Below, in pieces: positions 32,796 to 42,704 of a stretch of DNA of 64,000 nt. The stretch spans positions 1 to 64,000 of the forward strand of contig JBBRLJ010000028.1 in NCBI GenBank assembly GCA_038231435.1, in the 5' to 3' direction. The notes below the pieces were generated by a model that was not told the origin of the DNA, did no database searches, and saw only the letters and a list, made by a program, of their open reading frames with translations. The translations under genes and the position numbers were made by a program. This DNA comes from Planctomycetota bacterium. GTDB taxonomy: Bacteria > Planctomycetota > UBA11346. The number at the start of each line of letters is the position of its first letter. Position 1 is the first letter of the stretch.

Positions 32796-32868
32796 TACTC
32801 CCAACGGGATTCGAACCCGTGTCGCCAGAATGAAAATCTGGTGTCCTAGGCCTCTGGACGATGGGAGC
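32796..32868 (-). tRNA. tRNA-Glu(TTC), CCA not encoded
   Basis: GCTCCCATCGTCCAGAGG...CCAGA-TTTTCAT-TCTGG...GGTTCGAATCC.TTGGGAGTA. Confidence 0.95.
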
Positions 32869-32991
32869 CCTGCCAGGGGCCACAATCCTGGGATGGCCAG
32901 GCGGCTTGCAAGCGGGGGAGGCAGCCGCGCGGATAGGTCAGCGTCGACGTCAGGCACTCTCGTCTGGCCTTCTCGTAGGGGCGCCGGACTC

Positions 32992-33696
32992 CTAGTACCG
33001 CCAGCCAAATCCGACGACGACGGCTCCGCCGACCTGCCAGACCGAATCCTTCAGCGTCGTGGTCGAGCCGGTGACGGGATCGACATCGGTGAAGACCGGA
33101 CGCGATTCGCCCGCGAACGCGCGCAGGTCGCCACCCACCTGGAAGCCGGTCTTGGCTGTCCACCACGCACCCAGACGCAGCGCGCCTTCGAGATACAGCG
33201 CCGAGACCTTGGCCTGCCGGCCGCCTGATGGGGTGCGCCGCCAATCGGCAAGTCCGCCGCCGAGCATCGGCGTGAACTCGACATCGAATCGCTCGCCAAT
33301 CAGCCAGGCGTAGCCGGCGATGGCATCGATCGAATAAGTCTGCACGCGCATGCCCACGTTCGCGCTCGACCAGCTCGAACGCCCGAATGCGCCTTCGTAT
33401 CCATAGACCGCGCCGCTGTGCGCGCTCTGCATGTCGAAAGCCGACAGTGATTGCAGGGCGATGCGGTAGCTGTCGCTCACCGACGTCTGGCGATGCGCCG
33501 AGGCCGTGGTGTCGGGCAAGCCGGGCTGCGAGACGGTGGTGGTGCCATGCTCGGTGAACCTGCCGGGCGAGGGGCCGGCGATGATGCGGATATCGCCGAT
33601 CGCGTCTTCGGCAACCGTCACCCCCGCCAGGGCCAGGGACATGGCCGAAACGCCGGCGGCCAGCGCAAATCCGCGGATCCTGTCGGCTGCCGTCAT
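32992..33696 (-). CDS. Small outer-membrane beta-barrel protein
   Basis: Signal peptide, alternating strands, aromatic C-terminus GFGWRY. Confidence 0.7.
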   Translation of the reverse strand: MTAADRIRGFALAAGVSAMSLALAGVTVAEDAIGDIRIIAGPSPGRFTEHGTTTVSQPGLPDTTASAHRQTSVSDSYRIALQSLSAFDMQSAHSGAVYGYEGAFGRSSWSSANVGMRVQTYSIDAIAGYAWLIGERFDVEFTPMLGGGLADWRRTPSGGRQAKVSALYLEGALRLGAWWTAKTGFQVGGDLRAFAGESRPVFTDVDPVTGSTTTLKDSVWQVGGAVVVGFGWRY

Positions 33697-33799
33697 CGCA
33701 CCCCCGTTGTCGCGCAGCCTGACGCTATCGGCGGGCGCACAAGTCCCTGGCGGTCGCGCTGGGCTTCCAACAGTTCTGCTCGCCGTAGAGCTGCACACA

Positions 33800-34048
33800 C
33801 TACCCTACGATCGGCGTCCCGGTGCCGTCGCTGCCGGTGACGATCTTCAGCTCGAGTCCCGCCGCGGCGAGTAGGCGGCGCGCCTCATCGATCAGGTTCT
33901 CGCCCGCGAGGATGCGGTCGAGATCAGTCAGGCCGACCTGTGCGCGAACGCACCACTCTTCGCGCGTCATCCCCAGGCCAGGCAGGCCGACCATCGCCCG
34001 CTGCACGATCGACGCGAGCTTCCAGCGGTTGGCCGGGCTGATCATCAT
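33800..34048 (-). CDS. Small HTH-like protein
   Basis: GMTREEWC.RAQVG..DL.RIL.GE...LL.AAGLEL.I resembles the XRE/HipB pattern. Confidence 0.5.
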   Translation of the reverse strand: MMISPANRWKLASIVQRAMVGLPGLGMTREEWCVRAQVGLTDLDRILAGENLIDEARRLLAAAGLELKIVTGSDGTGTPIVG

Positions 34049-34115
34049 GGACGGGGTGTAGGCGCTGGGGCGTGGAGGGGAAGCGGGCCGCGGAGATCCT
34101 TCGGCGACGCGGACG

Positions 34116-35492
34116 TCAAGGTCCCGTGCTGCCGGCGATTGGCGAGCTCAAGGCCGCATCCGCTTCCGCCAGCGACGCGATGTGCCGGAGCACGCGCCGA
34201 TGGATCGCGTGGATGAAAGCCTCGGACCACAGCGACCAGTAGGCTTCGGGTCGCACGTCGACCTGGTACCAGGTGCTGCCTTCCAGGCGGGTGCGGCCCG
34301 CGGGCAAGGCGATGAGCCGGAACTCGCCGCGTCGGCTCGCGAGGTAGCCATCGAGGTGCGGCGCCCGCACCTCGGGCCACGGGCTCAGCTCCTTCATGGC
34401 GGGCGGCTGGGCCACGACATCGAACGCGAGCCGCGACCCGGGCTCCCAGACGGTGATGGGCTCGACGAAGGGACCGGTGGTGAACTCGTAGTAGCGTATC
34501 GCGCCGACACCAGAACCGACGATGCGCGCGCGCAGCGGGCACGCGATTCCGAGCGCGAAGATGCCGTCCGGCTTCGGGAGATCCGGAAACGACACCACCC
34601 GCTCCCAGACCGCCGCGGGCGGAGCCGCGACCTCGACACTGCTGCGCACCTCACGCAGCAGCGCGGGCTGGTGGCGCGTCTCCTGCCAGGCGATGGTCGG
34701 CAGCAGTAACAGCGGCAGGAGCAGCGTCCCACGGGAACGGAGTCCGCCGGCTCGGCCGCCGCTGCACAGCGCCCAGCCGAGCGCACTCCCGATCAGCATC
34801 AGGAAGGCCGCTATCGGCCAGGCCATCGCCACGCACATGGCGCCCTCGACCGCGACTCCGATCATCACCAGCAGGCATAGCACCAGAGCCGCCTGACCGA
34901 TGGCGATCGCGCCGCCGATTCCGATGTCGCCGGTACGGCGCGCGATCCCAGCGCTCACCACGCCCATCGCCACTGGCGTGAACACGAACAAGGCCATGCC
35001 ATAGGTGCGCAGTGCATAGACCCCGAGCAGGAGCATCCCGCCAGCGACCGCGCCGCTCGCCAACATCGCGAGCAACGCCGCGGCGAAGCGCGGCAGGCGA
35101 TGATCAGGCGGCTGCTCGACATCGCCCCGCCCAGCCGGCTCGGAGCGAGGCGCTGCCGCCAGCAACACCATCACCAGCCAGTTGAACACGGGCAGCAGGA
35201 AGAGCGCACCGTTCCAGCTCGGATAGCCGGCGTCGATCGCGCGGCGCATACTCATGTTCAGACCGATCCAGATGAACGGCAGTGTCCAGGCGAGCACCAC
35301 CCACGCTCCGACATCGCCATACAGCTCGGCGCGGTGCGTGACCATCGGATCGATGAACTGCAACGGGCTCAGCATCGCGCCCGTGAGCCTCCACAGCAGC
35401 GCGGTCTCGCCGAGGTACTTCACCACCATGAGCACGACGCCGGTGACGAGGTAATCGCGACGCGACACGCGCTCGCGATAGCCGAACCACAA
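34116..35492 (-). CDS. DUF805-like membrane domain fused to an SRPBCC/START-like domain
   Basis: RVSRRDY, SMRRAIDAG, multiple TMs, EV.APP..VW, FVEPITVWEPG.RLAFDV. Confidence 0.75.
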   Translation of the reverse strand: MWFGYRERVSRRDYLVTGVVLMVVKYLGETALLWRLTGAMLSPLQFIDPMVTHRAELYGDVGAWVVLAWTLPFIWIGLNMSMRRAIDAGYPSWNGALFLLPVFNWLVMVLLAAAPRSEPAGRGDVEQPPDHRLPRFAAALLAMLASGAVAGGMLLLGVYALRTYGMALFVFTPVAMGVVSAGIARRTGDIGIGGAIAIGQAALVLCLLVMIGVAVEGAMCVAMAWPIAAFLMLIGSALGWALCSGGRAGGLRSRGTLLLPLLLLPTIAWQETRHQPALLREVRSSVEVAAPPAAVWERVVSFPDLPKPDGIFALGIACPLRARIVGSGVGAIRYYEFTTGPFVEPITVWEPGSRLAFDVVAQPPAMKELSPWPEVRAPHLDGYLASRRGEFRLIALPAGRTRLEGSTWYQVDVRPEAYWSLWSEAFIHAIHRRVLRHIASLAEADAALSSPIAGSTGP

Positions 35493-35552
35493 ATGGAGGA
35501 GACGGGAAGCGGTCAGCGCCGGGACGTTAACGAGTGGGCTAGGGGATCAAGA

Positions 35553-35726
35553 TGGGGTGTAGAGCGGGAAAGAGGAAAAGAGGAAAGTTCAGAGCGAAAA
35601 GCACGAGCGCAGATCACCATCACATGAGTGTCATTTCCCCTGGTATCACCTCAAGCGTTCTGCTCTCCGCCTTCCGCTCATCGCTCATCGCTCATCCCTG
35701 TCCCTTCCCCCTCCTCTCCCCTCTCC
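35553..35726. repeat. Degenerate 7-mer tandem repeats (purine block, then pyrimidine block)
   Basis: GAAAGAG-like units, then TCCGCTC/ATCGCTC/ATCGCTC units. Confidence 0.65.
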
Positions 35727-35739
35727 ATGATCACGGTCG

Positions 35740-36438
35740 ATGCCCGTCACGTTCATCGGCGACGTCCACGGGTGGAGCGATCGGCTCGACCGCGTTCTCG
35801 CGCGCGCCGAGGGCACGCTGGTTTTCATGGGTGATCTCATCGATCGTGGGCCCGACGCTCCGGGCGTGCTCGAGCGCGTGCATCGGCTGTGCACTGATGG
35901 GCGCGCGCTGTGCCTGATCGGCAACCATGAATACGCGCTCGTGCGCTCGATCGGCTCCGACACCATCGGCATCGAGCCCGATCCGGATTTCTTCGAGGCC
36001 TGGCGCGATGGCTTCGGTGGGGCGGCGGTGCTGGCGGCGTATGGCGTCGCAACGGCCGAGGCGCTGCGTGAACGCCTCGGGCCTCTGCTCGACTGGATCA
36101 CCCTGCTGCCGTGGGTCCTCGAAGGCGAGGAAGCCGGCCAGCACTGGATCGCCGTCCATGCCGGACTGTCCGGCAACGTCCCCTTCGCCGATCAGATGGA
36201 CCAGCTGCGGAGCGGTTGGCGCGGGAGCGAATCGCCGCCCGAGGCGTTGTTCAGCAAGGAGCGTAAATTCTCGCTGCCGCCCGATCTGCCGGCGGGCTAC
36301 TGCGTGGTCAGCGGGCACACGCCGCTGCCGCAGGCCTTCGTCAGCCAGGCGAGGATCCTGTGCGATACCAGCGGGGGGCAGAAACATCGGCAGTTGAGCG
36401 GAGTGGTGTGGCCGGAGGGGAGGGTTGTGGAGTCGTAG
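35740..36438 (+). CDS. Metallophosphoesterase (PPP-type Ser/Thr phosphatase-like)
   Basis: GDVHG, GDLIDRG, GNHE, VHAG, GHTP. Confidence 0.92.
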   Translation: MPVTFIGDVHGWSDRLDRVLARAEGTLVFMGDLIDRGPDAPGVLERVHRLCTDGRALCLIGNHEYALVRSIGSDTIGIEPDPDFFEAWRDGFGGAAVLAAYGVATAEALRERLGPLLDWITLLPWVLEGEEAGQHWIAVHAGLSGNVPFADQMDQLRSGWRGSESPPEALFSKERKFSLPPDLPAGYCVVSGHTPLPQAFVSQARILCDTSGGQKHRQLSGVVWPEGRVVES

Positions 36439-36500
36439 GAGACGGAAGAGGGAAGAGGATATAGAGGAGGCGCGGTTTCTGTGGGGCTCTCCTCGAATTC

Positions 36501-36571
36501 GTGATCGTAGCGAACGTGCTCGCAGTCAAGGCCGATCGGCGGGGCGCCGATCGCCGCGGGGGAACCGCGGT
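36501..36571 (+). repeat. 5' half copy of the structured element
   Basis: GATCGTAGCGAACGT..TCAAGG, GATCGGC-GGGGC-GCCGATC, CCGCGG-GGGAA-CCGCGG; 3' stem arm missing. Confidence 0.7.
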
Positions 36572-36592
36572 TCGCAGCTCGAATCTCTGCAT
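36572..36592 (-). pseudogene. N-terminal remnant (MQRFEL) of a four-helix-bundle gene
   Basis: AAGGAG RBS then ATGCAGAGATTCGA, resembling ATGAGCAGATTCGA at 44981; similarity stops at the half element. Confidence 0.5.
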
Positions 36593-36615
36593 GTCGTTCT
36601 CCTTGCGCCCCACCG

Positions 36616-36703
36616 CGCGATCGTCCTCGGGGTCAAGGCTGGCCGCCCCGGCCACCGCGGCCCCCGCGGCCCGGCCTTGATGCCGAGGACGATCGCGACA
36701 ATC
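36616..36703 (-). ncRNA. Conserved multibranch structured element, copy 3
   Basis: 24-bp closing stem (2 mismatches) enclosing CCGCGG and GGCC-GGGGC-GGCC hairpins. Confidence 0.65.
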
Positions 36704-36932
36704 ACGCCACCGGGGAGAACGCCCACAAAACACATGCCGTCCAGCTGTCCTCGAGCCCTCGAGCTTGCTCACCTTCGAGCCTTCGAGACTTCACCTTCGA
36801 CGTCCGGCGTCTGCCCCCCCCCGCTCTCGCCTACCGACGACAACCAACAACGGACATTTCATCCCAGTCCAAAAAACAAACACGCGCGAGGCAGAGCCCC
36901 GCGCGTGTCCACCGTTCACTTCGACGCGTCGA

Positions 36933-38774
36933 CTACGGAGCGGGAGCGGGAGCCGGCACCGGTGCCCCTTCCACCCCTCCCATCACCTTCACCAACTCCA
37001 CCTCGAACACCAACAGCGCATTCGCCGGGATCTTCGGCGGCGATCCCGCCTCTCCATATCCCAGCTCGGGCTTGATGTAGACTTTGAACTTGTCGCCTTC
37101 CTTCATCAGCTGCAGCGCCTCGGTCCAACCCTTGATCACCTGGGTGACGCCGAATTCGGCGGGGGCGTCCTTCGAGGCGTCGAACTCGGTGCCGTCGACG
37201 AGCGTGCCCTTGTAGCGGACCTGCACGCGGTCGCTCGGCGCGGGCTTCTTGCCGCCCTCGGGGCCCGATGAGACGATCTCGTACTGCAGCCCGCTGGCGG
37301 TGGTCTTCACCTCGGGGCGCTTGCCGTTGTCGGCGAGCCACTGGCTGTTGGTCTTGCCGGTGTTGCCGGCCAAGGGTTCGGGCGGCTTGGCCTCGAGCAG
37401 CTTGTCCAGCGCTGGGCGCAGCTGCTTGAAGGATTCATCGCTGATGACGTAGTAGTATTTGATGAAGCGATCCTGGGCCTTGGCGGCCCGCTCGCGGCCG
37501 GTGGGCTTCTTCTTCTTCGGCTCCTCGGGCTTGTCGTCGGGCTTCTTCGCCGCCTTGTCCTCGGCGGCCTTCTTCGCGTCCTCGTCGGTGGCCTCATCGT
37601 AGCTGACGAAGACGATCATGTAGCGGCTGTGGCCGGCGGCCTCGGGCTTCTTGCCGTCCTTCTTATCATCCGCCTTGGGATCAGTCTTGGGATCAGTCTT
37701 GGCATCGTCCTTCTTGTCGGCCTTCGCTTCCGCATCGACGGTGATGTCGTCCTCGGGCGAGCTGTTGCCGAAGATCAGGTTGTAACGCAGGCCGTCCTTG
37801 CTGCCGATGTCCAGACGGCCCTCGGCGCCGATCACGGCCATGTTCTGGCCTTGGATGTTGAGCACCGGCGAGGTCTTGTCGATTTCGCCAGGCTTCGAGA
37901 AGTAGAAGCCTTTGGTCGACATCTCGCCGAGATCGGCGCTGGACTTCAGGCGGAACTGCCGAACTCCGGCGAGCCTGATCGAGGTCAAGGCGCTCACGAT
38001 GCTCGACGCCGTGCCCTGGGCCAGGCGCTTGTCCGCGGGGAGCGCGGCGGGCGTCGTCCAGGTCTGGTCGAGCGCGCGCACCAATGGGGTCTCGGAACGC
38101 ATCACCGGGTGGCCGCCGTCGGCCTCGGTGACGATCGAGTAGTCGGCCACGGTGAGGAAGCGCACGTCCTCGCTCTTCACCTTGAGCGGGTCCACCTCGA
38201 CGTAGTCGACGAATTTGGTGCTGAGATCCGGCTTGAGCTTGGCGGTATAGACCTGCTTCTCGGCGGCATCGCGAACGAAATACATGCTATCGCCCTGTTC
38301 CGCGCGCTTGCCGATGATCACGTCGACCATGGTCTTGCCGGTGACGTCCTGCATGGTCACGCGTTTGCCGCGACCGGATTTCTGCGACAGGTCGGGATCG
38401 AGGGGATCGATGACGCCGAGTTCCTCGAACTTCTTCGGGTCGTCGGTGACCGGCCGCGACTTGACCACGCCGAGGAAGTTGGCGGTGGCCTTGCCGACGG
38501 TGTCTTTGGTGTCGGCGGGGTAATCGTAGCGGCTCGGGATCACCCAGGCTCCGTTCGGCCCCGAGCGCTTGACCTCGATGAGCTTCGGGACGTTCAGGGT
38601 GTCGTCCCACTCGACCACGCGCAGATCGGCGACGTGCTCGGGGACGTCCTTGGCTCCAAATACCGCCTCGACGGTGGCGGTGTCCTTCTTGGTGGAACCG
38701 CCGGAATCCCCCTTCCAGGCCGGATAGGCGGTGACCAGCGCGAGGACGCCGAGGACGATGGGCAGTGGTCTCAT
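36933..38774 (-). CDS. DUF4340-like protein fused to a C-terminal FKBP-type PPIase
   Basis: W.I.S.YDYPAD, F.ELGV.DP; TTASGLQY, YKGTL.DG.EFD.S, VIKGW.E.L, ELGYG..G.PP.IP.NA.LVFEVEL. Confidence 0.88.
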   Translation of the reverse strand: MRPLPIVLGVLALVTAYPAWKGDSGGSTKKDTATVEAVFGAKDVPEHVADLRVVEWDDTLNVPKLIEVKRSGPNGAWVIPSRYDYPADTKDTVGKATANFLGVVKSRPVTDDPKKFEELGVIDPLDPDLSQKSGRGKRVTMQDVTGKTMVDVIIGKRAEQGDSMYFVRDAAEKQVYTAKLKPDLSTKFVDYVEVDPLKVKSEDVRFLTVADYSIVTEADGGHPVMRSETPLVRALDQTWTTPAALPADKRLAQGTASSIVSALTSIRLAGVRQFRLKSSADLGEMSTKGFYFSKPGEIDKTSPVLNIQGQNMAVIGAEGRLDIGSKDGLRYNLIFGNSSPEDDITVDAEAKADKKDDAKTDPKTDPKADDKKDGKKPEAAGHSRYMIVFVSYDEATDEDAKKAAEDKAAKKPDDKPEEPKKKKPTGRERAAKAQDRFIKYYYVISDESFKQLRPALDKLLEAKPPEPLAGNTGKTNSQWLADNGKRPEVKTTASGLQYEIVSSGPEGGKKPAPSDRVQVRYKGTLVDGTEFDASKDAPAEFGVTQVIKGWTEALQLMKEGDKFKVYIKPELGYGEAGSPPKIPANALLVFEVELVKVMGGVEGAPVPAPAPAP

Positions 38775-38838
38775 GGGATGTCGCTTTCGGTCTGGCTGTA
38801 CCTGATGACTGGTGCCGTCGTGAGGATGGAGTGTGCCA

Positions 38839-41670
38839 TCACGCCACGCGCTTGCGTGCGGCCGGCACGTGCGAGCGCTCGCCCACCAGGCGCTTGGTCC
38901 ATACGATCACCACCAGCAGCGCGAGCAGGACGCTGGGGATGCCGATGGCGAGAGCGCTGACGTAGCGCTCGACCCCGGCGATGGCTTGGCGCTGATTCGA
39001 TTTCGCCGCCGCCTCGTTCTTCTCGCGCATCTGATTGACGCGGCTGATCTCGATCTCGACGTTGCGACTGCCGATCTCGTTGGCGGTGGCGCGCTTGTCC
39101 GCCTTGGCGGCATCGTCGTCCTCGCTCTCCTCGATCTTCTGCATCTGACGCTGGAAATCGAGGTTGATGCGCGCGATCTGCTTCTCGGCGTCCTCCTCGT
39201 CCTGCTCGGTCGCCTTGCGCAGCTCGTCCTGGGTCTTGCGGTATTCCTCCTCGATACGCTTGAGCGGCCGCCGCTCGGGGCGGCGCGTGCGCAGGTCGAG
39301 GTAGTCCTTGTCGTTGAAGAGTTGGTCGACGACGTTGCCGGCGAACTGCACGTTGCGCAGGTTCGAGAGGAAGCGCTTGTCGTCGTCCGAGAACTGCCCG
39401 CCCTGGTTTCGGTACAGCTGGAAGAAGATCTCGCTGACGAAGTCGGAGTCGGCGACCAGGATCACGTGCACGGGCTTCGGGCTGGGGACTCCGGGCTTGC
39501 GCTCCGGCGCGGGCGGGCCGGATTCGCCGGCCTTGGCTTCGGGCGCCGACTTGGGATCGGGCTCCGGGAAGGCCGCAGCTATGGTGCCGGTGATCTCGAC
39601 CGCGTAGGTCGGCGGATTCTGCTGATCGCCGGTCGAACGGATCTTGGGATCGGGATTCAGGTTCATGCGCCCCGTGTAATCGAAGGTCGCCACGTCCTGC
39701 AGCGACACCATGCCCCACGGATAGCCGGCCATGCCCTTGATCAGCGGCGTCACCGTCAGGTCCGGACGCTTGTCGGCTGCGATGCCTATCGAGCCGGCGA
39801 ACGGCAGCAGCAGCGAGGTGATGCCGGCCGAGGCTCCGGTCTCACCGTCCTTGCCCTTGACCCGTTCGCGGTCGATCCACACGAAGGCGCGTGGCATCTG
39901 CTTGAGCTTGCGGAACTGATGGCTCGGAATGTAGTCCGACCACACCATCTGGTTCTCGTCGTAGTCGAGACCGAGGGCTTTCCACAGCGGCTTGATGTCG
40001 CCTTTCTTCGGGGCGCTCGCGTCGTCGTTGCCCATGTTGCCATAGGGGCTCTGGTTTGGGCTCTTCTTCGGCTTGCTTGGGATGAGCTCGGCCTTCTGAC
40101 TCATCAGCGGCAGCGGATCCTCGAGCAACAGCGTTGGGCGGCCGTTCCAGATGTAATCGTGCAGGTGCTCGAGCTGGGGCTGGGTGAGGCTCGACGGCTG
40201 CGGCACCACCAGCACCTCGACGTCGGCGGCGACGTCGCTGTCGAGGTTCACCGGACGGATCTCGTACTGCTTCTTCCATTCCTTGACGATCTCCCACTCG
40301 GGGACCATGCCGCCGGACTGGAAGTCGAAGCTGCCGTTCATCTCGAGATCGGTCTGGGCGAGTCCGAGCACGTGCTTCTTGCCCGCGACCACGGCGCGCA
40401 CCGCGCGCACTACTTCGTATTCGACCGACAGGCCGGGATCGAAGTACTCGATGACCTGGGTCTTGCCGGCGCACGAGATCGCGGCACCGCAGAACACGTC
40501 CTTCTGCTCGCGGCCCGCGGCGTCGTCGCTGAGCACCTGGCGGGTCTTCATGCCGAACTCGCGGGTGGCCTCGGAACCTGCGGGATCGAGCGCGTCCTCG
40601 GGATGCTTGACCTTGAGCTTGATGCGGGTGCTCGCGCGCTCGACGGCGCTGAGCTTGTCCTCGACCTCCTTGGCCTTGAGCTGCATGTCGGCGGGCAGCT
40701 CCTTGCTGATGTAAGCAGTGATGGTCACCGGCTCGTCGATCGATTTCAGCAGCACCAGGCTGGTCTTGCTCAGCGACGACTGGCCCTCGACGCTGACATC
40801 GGCGTAAGCGCCGAACTTGCCGACGATGAGCGCGACGTTGACGGCCAGGATCAGTCCGAACGCCAGGCTGAGTACCTGCGCCCACACCCTCGCACCGCTG
40901 CCCGGACGCCAGCGGCGGCTGGCGAGCGCGAGCACCGAGGCGCCGAGGCCTCCACCGATGACCGCGAGCGCGACCACGACGTGGCCGAGCGGCACCACGC
41001 CGCGGTTGAACGGATCGAACCACGATCCGAGCGAGGCGAAGAGCATCGCGAAGCCGCACAGCACCATGCCGAGCACGAAGGCGATCGTCGGCAGGCTGAC
41101 GATGACGCTGGCGAACAGGCCGAGCGACGCGAAGGCCATGCCCGCGAGCCACCAGCCGACGTAGTTCGCGACCACCAGGCCGGCGTCGGGATCGCCGAGC
41201 ACGGCCAGGGCGGCGACGTTGGACAGGCTGCACAGCAGCGCGATGGTGAAGTAGCTGCACACCGCGAGGAACTTGCCGAGCAGCGCGTCCAGGATGGAAA
41301 GCGGCAGCGTCAGCAGCAGCTCCTCGGTGCCCTGATCGCGCTCGGTGGCCCACGCGCCCATGGCCAGGGCGGGCAGCAGCACCACCAGCAGCCACGGCAT
41401 GATCGGTAGCAGCGGCCCGAGGTCCGAGATGTTGCGTGCGTAGAATTTATCGCTCTGGAAGAAGTAGATCGAGGCCGCGGTCGCGAGCACGAAGGCGAGG
41501 ATGAAGATGTAGCCGAGCGGATTGCCGAGCAGGCTGGAGAGCTGGCGGCGCCAGACGGCGATGATGCCGGTGAGGTGCAGATGGCCGCCGCGCTGCGGGG
41601 CTATCCCGGTGCCTGCTGCGGGACCCATCGATGACGAGCCGGGCTGGCCGGCGCTGGCGACGGTGCTCAT
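38839..41670 (-). CDS. ABC-2 permease fused to a GldG-like auxiliary domain
   Basis: PALAM..W..ER.QGT.ELL.TLP, LGKFLA; LS..S..LL..IDEPV.I.AY.S..LP; C-terminal coiled coil and TM. Confidence 0.88.
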   Translation of the reverse strand: MSTVASAGQPGSSSMGPAAGTGIAPQRGGHLHLTGIIAVWRRQLSSLLGNPLGYIFILAFVLATAASIYFFQSDKFYARNISDLGPLLPIMPWLLVVLLPALAMGAWATERDQGTEELLLTLPLSILDALLGKFLAVCSYFTIALLCSLSNVAALAVLGDPDAGLVVANYVGWWLAGMAFASLGLFASVIVSLPTIAFVLGMVLCGFAMLFASLGSWFDPFNRGVVPLGHVVVALAVIGGGLGASVLALASRRWRPGSGARVWAQVLSLAFGLILAVNVALIVGKFGAYADVSVEGQSSLSKTSLVLLKSIDEPVTITAYISKELPADMQLKAKEVEDKLSAVERASTRIKLKVKHPEDALDPAGSEATREFGMKTRQVLSDDAAGREQKDVFCGAAISCAGKTQVIEYFDPGLSVEYEVVRAVRAVVAGKKHVLGLAQTDLEMNGSFDFQSGGMVPEWEIVKEWKKQYEIRPVNLDSDVAADVEVLVVPQPSSLTQPQLEHLHDYIWNGRPTLLLEDPLPLMSQKAELIPSKPKKSPNQSPYGNMGNDDASAPKKGDIKPLWKALGLDYDENQMVWSDYIPSHQFRKLKQMPRAFVWIDRERVKGKDGETGASAGITSLLLPFAGSIGIAADKRPDLTVTPLIKGMAGYPWGMVSLQDVATFDYTGRMNLNPDPKIRSTGDQQNPPTYAVEITGTIAAAFPEPDPKSAPEAKAGESGPPAPERKPGVPSPKPVHVILVADSDFVSEIFFQLYRNQGGQFSDDDKRFLSNLRNVQFAGNVVDQLFNDKDYLDLRTRRPERRPLKRIEEEYRKTQDELRKATEQDEEDAEKQIARINLDFQRQMQKIEESEDDDAAKADKRATANEIGSRNVEIEISRVNQMREKNEAAAKSNQRQAIAGVERYVSALAIGIPSVLLALLVVIVWTKRLVGERSHVPAARKRVA

Positions 41671-42425
41671 GCCGCGACTCCCTTCGTGAGTTCGCGGAAG
41701 CGCGCCTCGATCGATTTGCCGCCGGCGAGCTCGGCCGGCGTGCCCTGGAACACCAGGCGGCCCTCGCTCACCAGGATGACGCGGTCGGCCATCGCCTCTA
41801 CCTCTTGCAGGATGTGGGTGCTCAGCAGCACGGTCTTGTCCTTCGCGAGCGAGCGCACCAGTTCGCGCACCAGCTGGATCTGGTTGGGATCGAGGCCCGA
41901 GGTCGGCTCGTCGAGGATCAGCACCTTGGGATCGTGCAGGATCGCCTGGGCGAGGCCGAGGCGCTGGCGGAAGCCCTTCGACAGCTTGCGCACCGGCTTG
42001 TGCCAGACCTCCTCGATGCGGCACGAGGCGGCGACGCGATCGAGCGCGGTCTTGAGCGGCGTGCCCGACATGCCGCGCACCTCGCCGGCGAAGCGCAGGT
42101 AGCTGGCGGGCGTCATGTCTGGATAGAGCGGACCATTCTCGGGGAGGTAGCCGAGCAGATGGCTGGCCTCGATGCGGTGCGTGTCCATGTCGTAGCCGGC
42201 GATCAGCGCGCGCCCTGCCGATGGGGCCAGGAAGCCGGTGAGGATCTTCATGGTCGTCGACTTGCCCGCGCCATTGGGCCCGAGGAAGGCGGTGACCGAA
42301 CCCTGAGGAACGCTGAAACTGATGTTCTGGATGGCGGTGAATTCGCCGTAGTACTTGCACAGCCCCTCGGCCTGGATGAGCCCGGGGGTGACGTGTACGG
42401 TGGGCGCGGTCGCGGAATCCGGCAT
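41667..42425 (-). CDS. ABC transporter ATP-binding protein (GldA-like)
   Basis: GPNGAGKST, LSKGFRQR, LILDEPTSGLD, STH. Confidence 0.95.
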   Translation of the reverse strand: MPDSATAPTVHVTPGLIQAEGLCKYYGEFTAIQNISFSVPQGSVTAFLGPNGAGKSTTMKILTGFLAPSAGRALIAGYDMDTHRIEASHLLGYLPENGPLYPDMTPASYLRFAGEVRGMSGTPLKTALDRVAASCRIEEVWHKPVRKLSKGFRQRLGLAQAILHDPKVLILDEPTSGLDPNQIQLVRELVRSLAKDKTVLLSTHILQEVEAMADRVILVSEGRLVFQGTPAELAGGKSIEARFRELTKGVAA

Positions 42426-42704
42426 GATGAATCCTCTGGTGGCCCCGCCGGAGACGGCGGAGGCGTGAGCAGGCGTAGCGGCTTTGACGACGCCGGCCAG
42501 GCAACCTTACACGCCTAGCGCGCAGGCCCCCGGTCTGGCGGAGGCGCGTGATTGTGTAGCACCATGGCCATGCGCAACCCGGTTGCCCGTACCGGGAGAG
42601 GCGGTAGGTAATGACCCCCGCGGCCGCGCCCCCCTTCATTCCGCCAGCTCCGGCCAGTGGATCGACCCCAGGCAAGCCCCGCCACTTTTTCCGCAGGAGC
42701 CACC

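Noticed and set aside
32791..32868. tRNA-Glu lacking CCA as an integration scar
   Set aside because: Non-encoded CCA is common, and there is no adjacent integrase or duplicated 3' end.
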